Assembly: GCA_002305355.1 (NCBI GenBank)
Contig: DBQS01000023.1
Location: 4,189 to 68,188 of the forward strand
DNA from: Patescibacteria group bacterium UBA1388
GTDB taxonomy: Bacteria; Patescibacteriota; Microgenomatia; UBA1400; PJMF01
Direction: 5' to 3'
Length of the DNA stretch: 64,000 nt
Positions 1 to 9,537 of this stretch are shown here, in pieces. Under the pieces are notes generated by a model that saw only the letters and a program-made list of their open reading frames with translations, did not search any database and was not told where the DNA came from. The position numbers and the translations under genes were made by a program. Numbering within the stretch: position 1 is the first letter of the stretch; the number at the start of each line of letters is the position of its first letter.

Positions 1-2345
1 AACGCCGTCATGTATTCCACAGGATAATTTGCTTTTAGATAGGCAGTTTGATAGGCAATCATGGCATAACTAGTAGCATGTGCTTTGTTGAATCCATAAT
101 TGGCAAAGGCTTCAATAAATCCCCAGACTCGTGATGCCACCTCGCGGCTGTAACCTTTGGCAACTGATTGGGAAATAAAACGCCGCTTATTCTCATCAAG
201 TAGTTTTTTCTTTTTTTTACCAATCGCTCGTCGAAGAATATCTGCCTCACCCAGGCTGTAACCAGCCATTTCGTGGGCAATTTGCAAGATCTGCTCTTGG
301 TAGACCATGACGCCATAAGTTTCCTCTAAAATGTGTTTTAGAGTTTCGTCTGGATAGCGAATTGATTTGGGTTGATGCTTTCCCTCGATAAATTGTGGGA
401 TCAGATCCATCGGGCCAGGTCTGTATAGAGCCACCATAGCAGTAATATCGGAAAATTGACTTGGTTGCAAACTTTTTGCCACTCTGCGCATCCCTGCTGA
501 TTCCAATTGAAAGACGCCCATCGTGTCTCCTTTTGAAAGCAACTCAAATGTTTTTTGATCATCAAGCGGAATGCGATCAATATCAATATTTTTCTTTTTT
601 TGTTCTCTTATTAATTGAAGAGCGTTTTGGATGATCGATAAATTTCTGAGTCCTAAAAAATCAAACTTCAGTAAGCCAATCGCGTCATCAGAAATATTAC
701 AATCTAGGACGTACATGTCATATTGAGTTAAGGTTTTGCCAGACTTAGTATCACGCTGCACAGGAGCATATTCTGGCAAAGGTTTGTCAGTAATCACTAC
801 TGCTGCAGCATGGACTGAAGAGTGTCTGACCACGCCCTCAACTTTTTGAGCTAAATTGAGTAATTTTTTGAACTTTGGTTGCTTGTAATACTCACCGAGT
901 TCAGGGACAGTTTCAATTGCGTTTTTAAGGGAAGTCTTTTTACCAGGTAAATTGGGAATGAGTTTGGCAATTTTGTCCGGATCTTCGTATGGCATGCCCA
1001 ATACTCTTCCGATGTCCCTGACCGCTACTCGTGCCTCCATGCGTCCAAAAGTAATAACGTGCGCGACGTGATCATCGCCATATTTTTTAGCGACATATGC
1101 TATAACTCGATCTCGGCCAGTATCGGCAAAATCAATATCAATATCTGGCGGCGTGGGTCTTTCTGGATTGAGAAATCTTTCAAACGCTAAACCGTGTTTT
1201 AGCGGGTCAATGGTGGTGATATTTAAAACGTAAGAAACAATTGAGCCCGCTGCAGATCCCCTGCCAGGGCCAACACTAATTCCTTGCTTCTTAGCCCAGT
1301 TTACAAAGTCTTGAGTAATCAAGAAATAGGTTGGGTAACCTTTTTGAATGATAATGTCCATTTCATATTTTAGACGATCGGTGATTTGTTTGGTGAGAGT
1401 GCCATATTTTTCCTTAGCGCTCTTCATGACCAGCTTCTTAAAATAAGACTGATTAGTTTCTCCTTTGGGTAATGGAAAATCTGGAAAAATTAATTCTCCT
1501 CTTGGTATAACAACGTTGCATCGCTCGGCTATTTTGACAGTGTTTGCAATTGCATCAGGGTATTCATGAAAAAGATCGGCCATTTCTTGAGAGGAACGAA
1601 AATAAAAGTCCGGTGAATCAAGCATTGACATCCTATTTTGATCAGTGATCAGCTTTCTAGTCTGGACACACAATAAAGCATCTTGGGCAACTGCTTCATC
1701 TTGTTCGATGTAGTGCACGTCATTGGTTGCTACCAACTCAATATTAAATTTTCTAGCCAACTCAACTTGCAACTTAGTCAATTTTTTCTGATCTTTAATC
1801 TTAGGGTGTGCTTGCAGTTCGATATAAAAACGGTCTCCAAATACTTCGAGATACTTGTTGACTTCTTTTTCTGCTGCCGCTATTTCTCCTTGGAGTAGAT
1901 ATTGATTGAACAGACTACTCATGCAGCCAGAAAGCACGATAATTCCTTGTGAGTGCTCTTTCAATAATTCAAAATCAATCCGGGGTTTATAAGAGAAACC
2001 CTCTAAATTAGCGGCTGAAACCAATCTCATTAAATTTTGATAGCCCGTAAAGTTTTCAGCGAGCAAAGTTAAATGAAATTGATCACTGCCCATCTTGACT
2101 TGTTTATCAAATCTTGAATTTTTAGCTAAGTATGCCTCAACACCAATAAGAGGTTTAATATTATTGGCTAAACACTGATTGTAAAAATGAACCACGCCGT
2201 ACATACCACCATGATCGGTAATAGCGAGAGATTTTTGATTGAGTTCTTTAGCTTTAGCCACGAGTGGAGAAATTTTTCCCAAACCATCTAACATTGAAAA
2301 CTCAGTGTGAACGTGTAGATGAACAAAATCTATGGTTGATGACAT
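1..2345 (-). CDS. dnaE: DNA polymerase III alpha subunit (3' end runs off the window)
   Basis: Not in the ORF track because no stop lies in the window. Manual translation from ATG at 2345 gives MSSTIDFVHLHVHTEFSMLDGL (PHP domain); near position 1 the same frame reads FANYGFNKAHATSYAMIAYQTAYLKANYP. Confidence 0.97.
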   Translation of the reverse strand, partial: MSSTIDFVHLHVHTEFSMLDGLGKISPLVAKAKELNQKSLAITDHGGMYGVVHFYNQCLANNIKPLIGVEAYLAKNSRFDKQVKMGSDQFHLTLLAENFTGYQNLMRLVSAANLEGFSYKPRIDFELLKEHSQGIIVLSGCMSSLFNQYLLQGEIAAAEKEVNKYLEVFGDRFYIELQAHPKIKDQKKLTKLQVELARKFNIELVATNDVHYIEQDEAVAQDALLCVQTRKLITDQNRMSMLDSPDFYFRSSQEMADLFHEYPDAIANTVKIAERCNVVIPRGELIFPDFPLPKGETNQSYFKKLVMKSAKEKYGTLTKQITDRLKYEMDIIIQKGYPTYFLITQDFVNWAKKQGISVGPGRGSAAGSIVSYVLNITTIDPLKHGLAFERFLNPERPTPPDIDIDFADTGRDRVIAYVAKKYGDDHVAHVITFGRMEARVAVRDIGRVLGMPYEDPDKIAKLIPNLPGKKTSLKNAIETVPELGEYYKQPKFKKLLNLAQKVEGVVRHSSVHAAAVVITDKPLPEYAPVQRDTKSGKTLTQYDMYVLDCNISDDAIGLLKFDFLGLRNLSIIQNALQLIREQKKKNIDIDRIPLDDQKTFELLSKGDTMGVFQLESAGMRRVAKSLQPSQFSDITAMVALYRPGPMDLIPQFIEGKHQPKSIRYPDETLKHILEETYGVMVYQEQILQIAHEMAGYSLGEADILRRAIGKKKKKLLDENKRRFISQSVAKGYSREVASRVWGFIEAFANYGFNKAHATSYAMIAYQTAYLKANYPVEYMTA

Positions 2346-2362
2346 GGGATGCGGTCATCCTA

Positions 2363-3694
2363 TCAGTTGTCGAGATATTTGTGAAGCGTTGAGCGGACCT
2401 GCTGAGGATCAGCTTTCACTTTCAAATTTTTCATGACTTGACCCATAAAAAAACTAAGCACTTGTTTTTGTCCAGCATGATAGCGATTCACTGCGTCTTG
2501 GTGCTCGGCTAACACTTGCCTGATAATCTTTTCTAGATCGTTGTCATCGACAGTCGCAGTTGCATTGAGAGATTCAAATTCTTCCAGAGTTGCCTCTAAA
2601 TTTTGGTAGTTGACCGTGATTTTTTTATTGACAATTTGGTTGGCTAGCTTGGAAGGTTCGAATTTTTTGTTCACGGCGAGTTTGAAGAGAGAATCAAGTT
2701 GCTGGGCGTGTTTGGTATCTTCTGACAAGCGGGTCGCAAACTCTGGTTGTAAATGATAATTACTCATCCAACGTTTCGCTCTCTCGAGCGGTAATTCTGG
2801 TAGATTTTGTTTAATAATTTCAATTTGGTTAGTTGATAAACGAATTGGCGGCAAGTCAGGGTCTGGAAAATAGCGATAATCTTCAGCTTCTTCCTTGGTG
2901 CGTTGCAAAAAAGTTTTATTTTGTACAGCGTTCCAACCGCGCGTTTCTTGATTCAACTGTTCCCCATTTTGTAAAACCTGTGATTGCCGCTCAATTTCAT
3001 AATTGATTGCCTGTTCCAAAAAACGAAAGGAATTGATGTTTTTCAGCTCAATTTTATAATTTGGTAGTTCTTTTGTTCCTACAGCTTGCAGTGAAATATT
3101 CGCCTCGAGTCTCATGCCACCTTGTTCCATATCGCAGTCAGCAATGTGGAGTTCCCGCAGGATGCCTCGCAAAGTTTTAGCATATTCTTTGGCTTGGGCA
3201 GCAGATTTAATATCTGGCTCGGTCACAATTTCAATTAAAGGTACCCCACTACGATTAAAATCTACCAAACTGACTTTCTGGTTGTGAACTGTTTTGTGCA
3301 ACAATTTACCAGTATCTTCTTCTAAATGGATGCGGTGAATTCTTACTTTACCAGCAGATGTTTCAAGGTAACCATCGTAGCAAAAAGGCAAATCATATTG
3401 GCTAATCTGATATCCTTTGGGTAAATCGGGATAAAAATAATGTTTGCGATCGAATTTTGAAAAGAGATTGATTCGGCAATTTAAAGCTAAACCTAGCTTA
3501 ATCGTCCATTCAATGGCTGTGCTATTGGCAACAGGCAATGCTCCAGGTAAGCCCAAGCATGTTGGACAAGTATAGCAATTTGGTTTGGAGGCATGAAAAG
3601 GATCATTTTTGCATCCGCAAAACATCTTTGATTTTGTTTTGAGTTCGGCGTGGACCTCCATTCCGCAAATGAGTTGATATTCCGTTTGCTTCAT
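2363..3694 (-). CDS. gatB: Asp/Glu-tRNA amidotransferase subunit B
   Basis: GMEVHAEL, FDRKHYFYPDLPKGYQISQ, IHLEEDTGK, DYRYFPDPDLPP. ATG at 3694 overlaps the gatA stop (track start 3709). Confidence 0.97.
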   Translation of the reverse strand: MKQTEYQLICGMEVHAELKTKSKMFCGCKNDPFHASKPNCYTCPTCLGLPGALPVANSTAIEWTIKLGLALNCRINLFSKFDRKHYFYPDLPKGYQISQYDLPFCYDGYLETSAGKVRIHRIHLEEDTGKLLHKTVHNQKVSLVDFNRSGVPLIEIVTEPDIKSAAQAKEYAKTLRGILRELHIADCDMEQGGMRLEANISLQAVGTKELPNYKIELKNINSFRFLEQAINYEIERQSQVLQNGEQLNQETRGWNAVQNKTFLQRTKEEAEDYRYFPDPDLPPIRLSTNQIEIIKQNLPELPLERAKRWMSNYHLQPEFATRLSEDTKHAQQLDSLFKLAVNKKFEPSKLANQIVNKKITVNYQNLEATLEEFESLNATATVDDNDLEKIIRQVLAEHQDAVNRYHAGQKQVLSFFMGQVMKNLKVKADPQQVRSTLHKYLDN

Positions 3695-5070
3695 GCTTTG
3701 TTTCTCCACTCATTCCAACTAGTTGCTTTTTCATAAGCATCGGCAACTTTAATGACTAAATCCTCACGCCACATCGGGGCGACAATATTTAAACCCAGAA
3801 AGAGATGAGTTTTTTTATCTTGATAACAAGGTACATTAATACCTGGTAAACCGGTGATAGAACTTGGTTCGAGCAACATGTCCTCTAGTTCGCCAAACAT
3901 GGCAGCATCTGCGGTTGCCCCCACTTTTTTGGCAAATGAGGGCGAGGTAGGACTAATGAGAACATCAAATTTTTTGAACAACTTTTTAAAATCTTCAATA
4001 AACAAAGTTCTTACTTTTTGAGCGGTGTTATAGTATTGATCAGCATAACCTTTGCTTAAGGTGTAAGTACCTAACATAATGCGCCGCTTGGCCTCATCAC
4101 CAAAGTAGCTCCGGTCATTACCAAAACGAACACCGTCCATTCTAGCTAAGTTGCTACTCACTTCTCCTCTCTGGACAACCGTATAGACACTAATAGCAAG
4201 TTTGGGATCCATTGCTGACACGGAATCAACTTGTGCGCCCAGTGACTCAAGTACCTGCCCCACCTTTTGAAGATGGGGGTCGACTATTTCTAAGCCCTTA
4301 ATGCCTTGATAGAGAATGCCCACCCGTAAATTTTTAATTGATTGATTAATGTTAGTAGTGAAATCTGGCGCGCTTTGAGAGGAGGTAGTACTGTCGTGAT
4401 GATCATGGCCAGCAATGAAATTTAACAAAATGGCTGCATCTTCAACTGTTTTAGTGATTGGTCCAGGAGAATCTGTAGAAGATGCCATCGCAATCACGCC
4501 GAAACGACTCACCCTACCATAACTTGGTTTTAGACCGACTACTCCACACCATGCAGCCGGTTGGCGAATGGAGCCAGCGGTTTCTGTTCCTATTGCTGCG
4601 GCGCACATGTTGGCTGCTACCGCTGCTGCACTACCGCCCGACGATCCCCCTGGCAAATAATCAGGGTTGCGCGGATTGAGCGTTCTTCCATATTGCGAAG
4701 TTTCGGTGGATGAGCCGTGTGCCCAAGCATCCAAGTTACTCTTGCCGATAATACTTGCTCCAGCTTGATAAAGGCGATGAATAATGGTGGCATCAAAAGG
4801 TGGACGATAACCATCCAGCACGGTTGAGGCAGCGGTGGTTTGGATATTTTTAGTAGAAATATTATCCTTCACCACTAAGGGAGAACCTGCTAATGGTGAA
4901 TCAAGTTGTTCAGGATGATTATCCAAAGTGGTGGTCAGGAGGATATTAAGTTTTTGATTGTGTTTTTCAATGACACTTCTATAACTGGACAATAACTCAG
5001 AAAGACTAAACTTTTTATCGCGTAGTGCTTGAATCGTGTCTGCTAATGTAAGCGTTGTCAAATCATTCAT
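3691..5070 (-). CDS. gatA: Asp/Glu-tRNA amidotransferase subunit A
   Basis: Amidase signature VKDN, PGGSSGGSAAAV, GTETAGSIRQPA; lies between gatC and gatB. Confidence 0.96.
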   Translation of the reverse strand: MNDLTTLTLADTIQALRDKKFSLSELLSSYRSVIEKHNQKLNILLTTTLDNHPEQLDSPLAGSPLVVKDNISTKNIQTTAASTVLDGYRPPFDATIIHRLYQAGASIIGKSNLDAWAHGSSTETSQYGRTLNPRNPDYLPGGSSGGSAAAVAANMCAAAIGTETAGSIRQPAAWCGVVGLKPSYGRVSRFGVIAMASSTDSPGPITKTVEDAAILLNFIAGHDHHDSTTSSQSAPDFTTNINQSIKNLRVGILYQGIKGLEIVDPHLQKVGQVLESLGAQVDSVSAMDPKLAISVYTVVQRGEVSSNLARMDGVRFGNDRSYFGDEAKRRIMLGTYTLSKGYADQYYNTAQKVRTLFIEDFKKLFKKFDVLISPTSPSFAKKVGATADAAMFGELEDMLLEPSSITGLPGINVPCYQDKKTHLFLGLNIVAPMWREDLVIKVADAYEKATSWNEWRNKA

Positions 5071-5368
5071 CTTGATCAATTAATCTTGGTACCACGAAGT
5101 AACCTTGATAAACATTTTTTGCGTTTCTCAAGGCTTCCTTTTGACTCAACATACTGGATTCATCAACTTCATCGTCACGCCAAATGTTTTCTAGACCAGT
5201 CACCTGATGAGTTGGTTCTGCACCTTCTACCTTTACGGATTGCAAATTATCAATGACTTGTAGCGTTTCTCTAAAGGCTTTTTTAAAGGCAACCGATTGG
5301 CGATTATCAATTTCAAGATGAGCAAGTTTAGCGATGTGTTTAACCTGAGTGGATGTAATTTTTGCCAT
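5063..5368 (-). CDS. gatC: Asp/Glu-tRNA amidotransferase subunit C
   Basis: VKHIAKLAHL, NIWRDDEV, GYFVVPRL; 101 aa upstream of gatA. Confidence 0.93.
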   Translation of the reverse strand: MAKITSTQVKHIAKLAHLEIDNRQSVAFKKAFRETLQVIDNLQSVKVEGAEPTHQVTGLENIWRDDEVDESSMLSQKEALRNAKNVYQGYFVVPRLIDQDE

Positions 5369-5383
5369 TTATAGTTGTTCCTA

Positions 5384-6295
5384 TTAACTTATCATTCCTC
5401 TCAAGACAGCAATCCTATTGGATATGGGGGGGTGAGTTTGAAAAAGATTGGCAAACCAGCTCACACTATCATGCTTGTGGTTTTTTAAAGGATTGCTAAT
5501 GTAAAGATGAGCGGTGGCTTTATTGGCTACTTCAAGTGGTTCGTGGTCTTGGCTAATCTTTTCAAGAGCTTTCGCCAATCCCTCTGGATTGCGGGTCATG
5601 CGAACGGCTGAGGCATCCGCCAAATACTCTCTATTGCGGGAAACAGCCAGCTGAATCAACTGCGCAATAAGAGGAGAAAGTAACACTAATACTAAACCAA
5701 CAGCAAACAATATGATTTGCACATTTCCTCCTCCCTCCTCTCTTCTTCGACTGCCACCGAAAGCAGTCATGCGGAGCATCATATCAGCCAGTAAGGCAAT
5801 CATGCCTACCAAAATGGTAACAATGGCCATTAAGCGGATGTCATAATTTTGAACATGGGCCAGTTCATGAGCAACTACGCCCTCAATTTCAGAGCGATTT
5901 AATCTGTTTAATAAGCCGGTGGTAACTACTACCGCTGCGTGATTGGGATCTCGACCAGTGGCAAACGCATTCATGGCGGTGTCATTAATCACGAATAGTT
6001 TGGGTAAAGGCATGCGTTGCCCATGAGCAATGTTCTCCGCCACAGTGAAAAAATCAAAATGATCTTCTCTGTTGGCAGGTTTGGCTCCTGAAATACTGAG
6101 AATAATTTTGTCAGACCACCAGTAGGAGGCAAATGACATCACTCCAGACAAAATTAAAGCGATTCCAACCATGTCTAAACCGTATCCAAAACTATAACTC
6201 ATGAGATAGGAAGCACCTACTACAAAAGTAATAAATATAGCCATGATCAACCATGACTTTCGCTTGTTTATGTTAATAATTTGGTAATGAGTCAT
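5384..6295 (-). CDS. htpX: M48 family zinc metalloprotease HtpX
   Basis: NAFATG, AHELAH (HExxH), SRNREYLAD, FQTHPP; transmembrane segments; adjacent to lemA. Confidence 0.93.
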   Translation of the reverse strand: MTHYQIININKRKSWLIMAIFITFVVGASYLMSYSFGYGLDMVGIALILSGVMSFASYWWSDKIILSISGAKPANREDHFDFFTVAENIAHGQRMPLPKLFVINDTAMNAFATGRDPNHAAVVVTTGLLNRLNRSEIEGVVAHELAHVQNYDIRLMAIVTILVGMIALLADMMLRMTAFGGSRRREEGGGNVQIILFAVGLVLVLLSPLIAQLIQLAVSRNREYLADASAVRMTRNPEGLAKALEKISQDHEPLEVANKATAHLYISNPLKNHKHDSVSWFANLFQTHPPISNRIAVLRGMIS

Positions 6296-6410
6296 ATCGT
6301 GGTTATTACAAGCTAGATACTGCAGCTTAATTGTAACCTAGCCAAGGTGATTTGCATCCAACAAAACAAACCCAATTTTGGGCTGGCAAGTAACTTATCA
6401 TCAGTTGAAG

Positions 6411-7004
6411 TTACTTTTCGAGATCAACTTTCACATCTTTCATTTCATCTGTTGAAACTTCCATGTGTTGGCCAGTCTCAGCGGTAACGATACCTTTTTC
6501 AGGTTTAAAGCCAAAAATATTAGCTACCAAATTAGATGGTACGGTCACCAATTTTTCATTGTAACTTTGCGTGAGATCAATCACTGTGCGGCGAGCATAC
6601 ATCAATTTATCAGCTGTGTCAGTAAGTTCACTCATGAATTTATTCACCGATTCATTAGATTTGAGTTCTGGATTATCCTCGACTGCCACACTAATCTGTG
6701 GTACTAAATTTTGTACACTTGCAATTGCTTGATCGATATCTTCTGCGTTGCCAGATTTATCTGCTTTTGCCACAGCCTTCCTAGCGTTGGCCAAAAGATC
6801 AAAGATCCCCTTTTCATGTTTCAGATAACCCTTAACTGTGGTTTCCAGATTTGGAATCAAAGAAGCTTGGCGTTTCAATTGATTGCCAATTTCTTGAATG
6901 GCGGCTCTGATTTGAGTCTTAAGTCTTTGGAGGGTGTTATAAATACTAATTACGTATAACACCAGTGCGCCCAACAAGACGAGAATCCAAAGCGTATTAT
7001 TCAT
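6411..7004 (-). CDS. lemA: LemA family protein
   Basis: N-terminal TM, YNTLQR, QLKRQASLIPNL, NPELKS, YNEKLVTVPSNLVANIFGF. SD-like AAAGGA before ATG 7004. Confidence 0.92.
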   Translation of the reverse strand: MNNTLWILVLLGALVLYVISIYNTLQRLKTQIRAAIQEIGNQLKRQASLIPNLETTVKGYLKHEKGIFDLLANARKAVAKADKSGNAEDIDQAIASVQNLVPQISVAVEDNPELKSNESVNKFMSELTDTADKLMYARRTVIDLTQSYNEKLVTVPSNLVANIFGFKPEKGIVTAETGQHMEVSTDEMKDVKVDLEK

Positions 7005-7186
7005 AAGTCCTTTCTTGATTTGCAATTGACTAATTATACGTAATTAACGGTGAAATTGAAACTACCGATTAATCGAGTTATGTAAGATTTTGGTATGAAA
7101 TCTCAGCTTGGCTTTTCTTTGTCAGGTAGCTATAATAGCGCTTCGGATTGTGGATTATTTTCTAATAAAAATCATCCACTTCCAGA

Positions 7187-7260
7187 GGACCCGTGGTGTA
7201 GTGGTTTAACATGCCTCCCTGTCACGGAGGAGATCGCCAGTTCGAATCTGGTCGGGTTCG
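7187..7260 (+). tRNA. tRNA-Asp(GTC), CCA not encoded
   Basis: Acceptor GGACCCG/CGGGTTC, anticodon arm CCTCC-CTGTCAC-GGAGG, T arm GCCAG-TTCGAAT-CTGGT, discriminator G. Confidence 0.96.
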
Positions 7261-7386
7261 CTTACTATACCGTCATACTACACCGTTCAAAAACAGTCAC
7301 CTTCGCTTAAATATTCCACTCAACTCTTATACACCAATATTTTTAATACATTCTCTCATGCGCTGCCAAAGATTCTTTGAATGAAT

Positions 7387-7813
7387 TTATTTGAAAGGTA
7401 AAGCCAACCAGGCTACTCCAGTAATCTTTCTTTTGTTCACAGCGTGCGATTGTTTGGTAATACCAAATTTAACAGCAACATGCTCGGTTGGAACTTTTTT
7501 ACTTAAATTTGCTTGATTGGTGTCAATAATTTCTAAATTTGTTGTTTGTCCAGTTATGCCCTCTACCACTACTACATACTCAAAATAATATTGATAATCT
7601 TTTGAGGTCTTCTCAAAGGAAATCACGTCACCTTTCTTAATGGTGTTGAATAGTTGATATAGGTCGGTAGACAAAAAAACATAATTGTACCCTTTGAGAA
7701 TGACCAACATTTCCACCTGCAATTGCTATGGGGATGGCTAGATATTTGTAAATTAGATAGATGATACACAGAAAAAATAATACTAGTCCTATAACTTTGA
7801 AAAATTTTTACAT
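7387..7813 (-). pseudogene. Degraded signal peptidase I (S26)-like gene
   Basis: ATG at 7813 is followed directly by TAA, then in frame KFFKVIGLVLFFLCIIYLIYKYLAIPIAIAGG. A frameshift leads into ORF 7387-7722 (MLVILK...KKGDVISF...YVVVVEGITGQ...KITGVAWLALPF), which follows the S26 layout. Confidence 0.6.
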
Positions 7814-8034
7814 CACCTCATCGTAACAGTAACTTCAATCATTACCCATACTGGGGAAAATATTATTTATTGCAAGACTGAAAATTACAAAAAATTAGTT
7901 TGAGTGATCTTTGATCATCAGTGCTGATGAGTGAGTTCAAAATAAGCAGTCAAATGAGACGTTTTGATATAATTAATCGATTAGGAGTTGTCAGATGAAG
8001 CAGTTGAATTGCTTGTCAGAAAGAGTTTCCAGCC

Positions 8035-8769
8035 GTGATTGAAGTCAATACTATTAGAGACTTTATTAAATACATCTATTATTATCTACCTTGGATGATA
8101 GCGGGTGTGGGATTTATAAGTGTGGTTGTAATCGCAAGTTTATGGATGCTGATGGGAAAACCTGAAGAGGAGCGTTTTGCGGAGCGTTTAGTTGATCAAG
8201 ATCAAATTGCATCTCAATTTCCGCATATTTCACCTCATACGGTTCAACCAACTTCAACTGTTTACAAAAATGATTCTGTTCAGACTGAGCAACAATTTCA
8301 AAATGAAATCTCAGTGCTAGTTCCAGACCAAACTGATCTAATTTCTTTTGGTTCACCTCAGCCACTTTTGGAAATTGTGGGCTTGCATGATCAGGTTAAG
8401 CCTCAGCAAGAATATGTGGTGAAAACTGGTGACACTCTGTGGCAACTTGCGTCAGATTATCTTGGAGATGGCACCCGATATCTAGATATTGCCTTGGCTA
8501 ATCAAATTGCAGATCCAGATATTTTACTGGTTGGTAAAACAATCATCCTTAATTCTGCTCAGCTAAAACAAGTTTCACGCGATCAAATATTAACGGGGAT
8601 CACCACCGAAAAAACCCATCAAGTGCAGGCGGGTCAAAGTCTTTGGATAATTGCTGAGGAGGAGTTGGGCGATTCTTATCAGTGGGCAGAAATATATGAA
8701 ATTAACAAAGCCCATATTGGAGATAATCCGAATCAAATTGAAGTTGATCAAGTGCTAATCATGCCTTAG
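8035..8769 (+). CDS. Membrane-anchored protein with two LysM domains
   Basis: N-terminal TM; YVVKTGDTLWQLA...DPDILLVGKTI and HQVQAGQSLWIIA...NPNQIEVDQVLIMP. Confidence 0.9.
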   Translation: MIEVNTIRDFIKYIYYYLPWMIAGVGFISVVVIASLWMLMGKPEEERFAERLVDQDQIASQFPHISPHTVQPTSTVYKNDSVQTEQQFQNEISVLVPDQTDLISFGSPQPLLEIVGLHDQVKPQQEYVVKTGDTLWQLASDYLGDGTRYLDIALANQIADPDILLVGKTIILNSAQLKQVSRDQILTGITTEKTHQVQAGQSLWIIAEEELGDSYQWAEIYEINKAHIGDNPNQIEVDQVLIMP

Positions 8770-8779
8770 GGAGAAGACG

Positions 8780-9430
8780 ATGAAGTCACCAGAAAACCGA
8801 ATTGATAAGTTGATGACTTCGTTTATAGAGAGCGCGTGGGTTCGATATTTATTAGATATGGCAATCGCGGCTGACCAATTTTGGGCAGAAAACTTGATTG
8901 CGACATTAGAAAAATCTTATGAGAGCATTACGGGCTTGCAGATAACAGTAATCCCAAAGGAAGTGAAACATCGGGTTGAGGCAATCGTGCATGATTTGTT
9001 ATTTGAGATTGATCCCGAAGATCGGCGTAGGATGAGAATTGCGAATGATCCAAAAATTGAAAAAATTATGTTTTTGGGTTTAAAAAGTCATCACGATCTA
9101 GAGAATTTAAGACTTAAACCAGATCTTAAGATCATGGTGATTGTTGATGACGATCGATCATTTTTATATTATCCAGGGGAAATTAGGAGGCCTGTAACAA
9201 GGCCTCAGGCAAACCCTCAGAATATCTTGGCAGACAGATTGAGTGAGATTTCAACAGTTGGAAAAATAGATTTGCAGGTGATTTCAAGAAATGATGTCGT
9301 GGAGATGCAGTTAAGAACGGCTGGTATGATCAATCGTTTAAAAACAGATGATTATCAAGTTAAAGTTTTGGAGATAATGAAGGATATGCGTCGTGGTTTA
9401 GTTGTTTATGATCATGCTCAACAAAAGTGA
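8780..9430 (+). CDS. Hypothetical protein, possibly a degenerate minimal-nucleotidyltransferase fold
   Basis: 216 aa ORF after the LysM gene with SD-like GGGAGAAG. IEKIMFLG...DLKIMVIVDD...IDLQVIS...GLVVYD resembles the MNT pattern by eye only. Confidence 0.55.
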   Translation: MKSPENRIDKLMTSFIESAWVRYLLDMAIAADQFWAENLIATLEKSYESITGLQITVIPKEVKHRVEAIVHDLLFEIDPEDRRRMRIANDPKIEKIMFLGLKSHHDLENLRLKPDLKIMVIVDDDRSFLYYPGEIRRPVTRPQANPQNILADRLSEISTVGKIDLQVISRNDVVEMQLRTAGMINRLKTDDYQVKVLEIMKDMRRGLVVYDHAQQK

Positions 9431-9457
9431 GTTTGGTACAATCAATCATGAGAATGT

Positions 9458-9533
9458 GCGGTGGTAGCTCAGTTGGTAGAGCGTCTGCTTCCCAAGCAGA
9501 AGGTCGCGGGTTCGAGCCCCGTTCGCCGCTCCA
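9458..9533 (+). tRNA. tRNA-Gly(CCC)
   Basis: Acceptor GCGGTGG/TCGCCGC, anticodon arm TCTGC-TTCCCAA-GCAGA, T loop TTCGAGC, ends TCCA. TGGTACAAT extended -10 upstream. Confidence 0.97.
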
Positions 9534-9537
9534 AGAT

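Noticed and set aside
1-2345. Possible intein or split in dnaE; small ORFs 59-316, 401-586 and 1683-1898
   Set aside because: The start and the FNKAH region are in one frame at a normal distance for DnaE; the small ORFs are off-frame or antisense shadows.
7095-7310. 71-aa ORF
   Set aside because: It overlaps tRNA-Asp and has no protein features.
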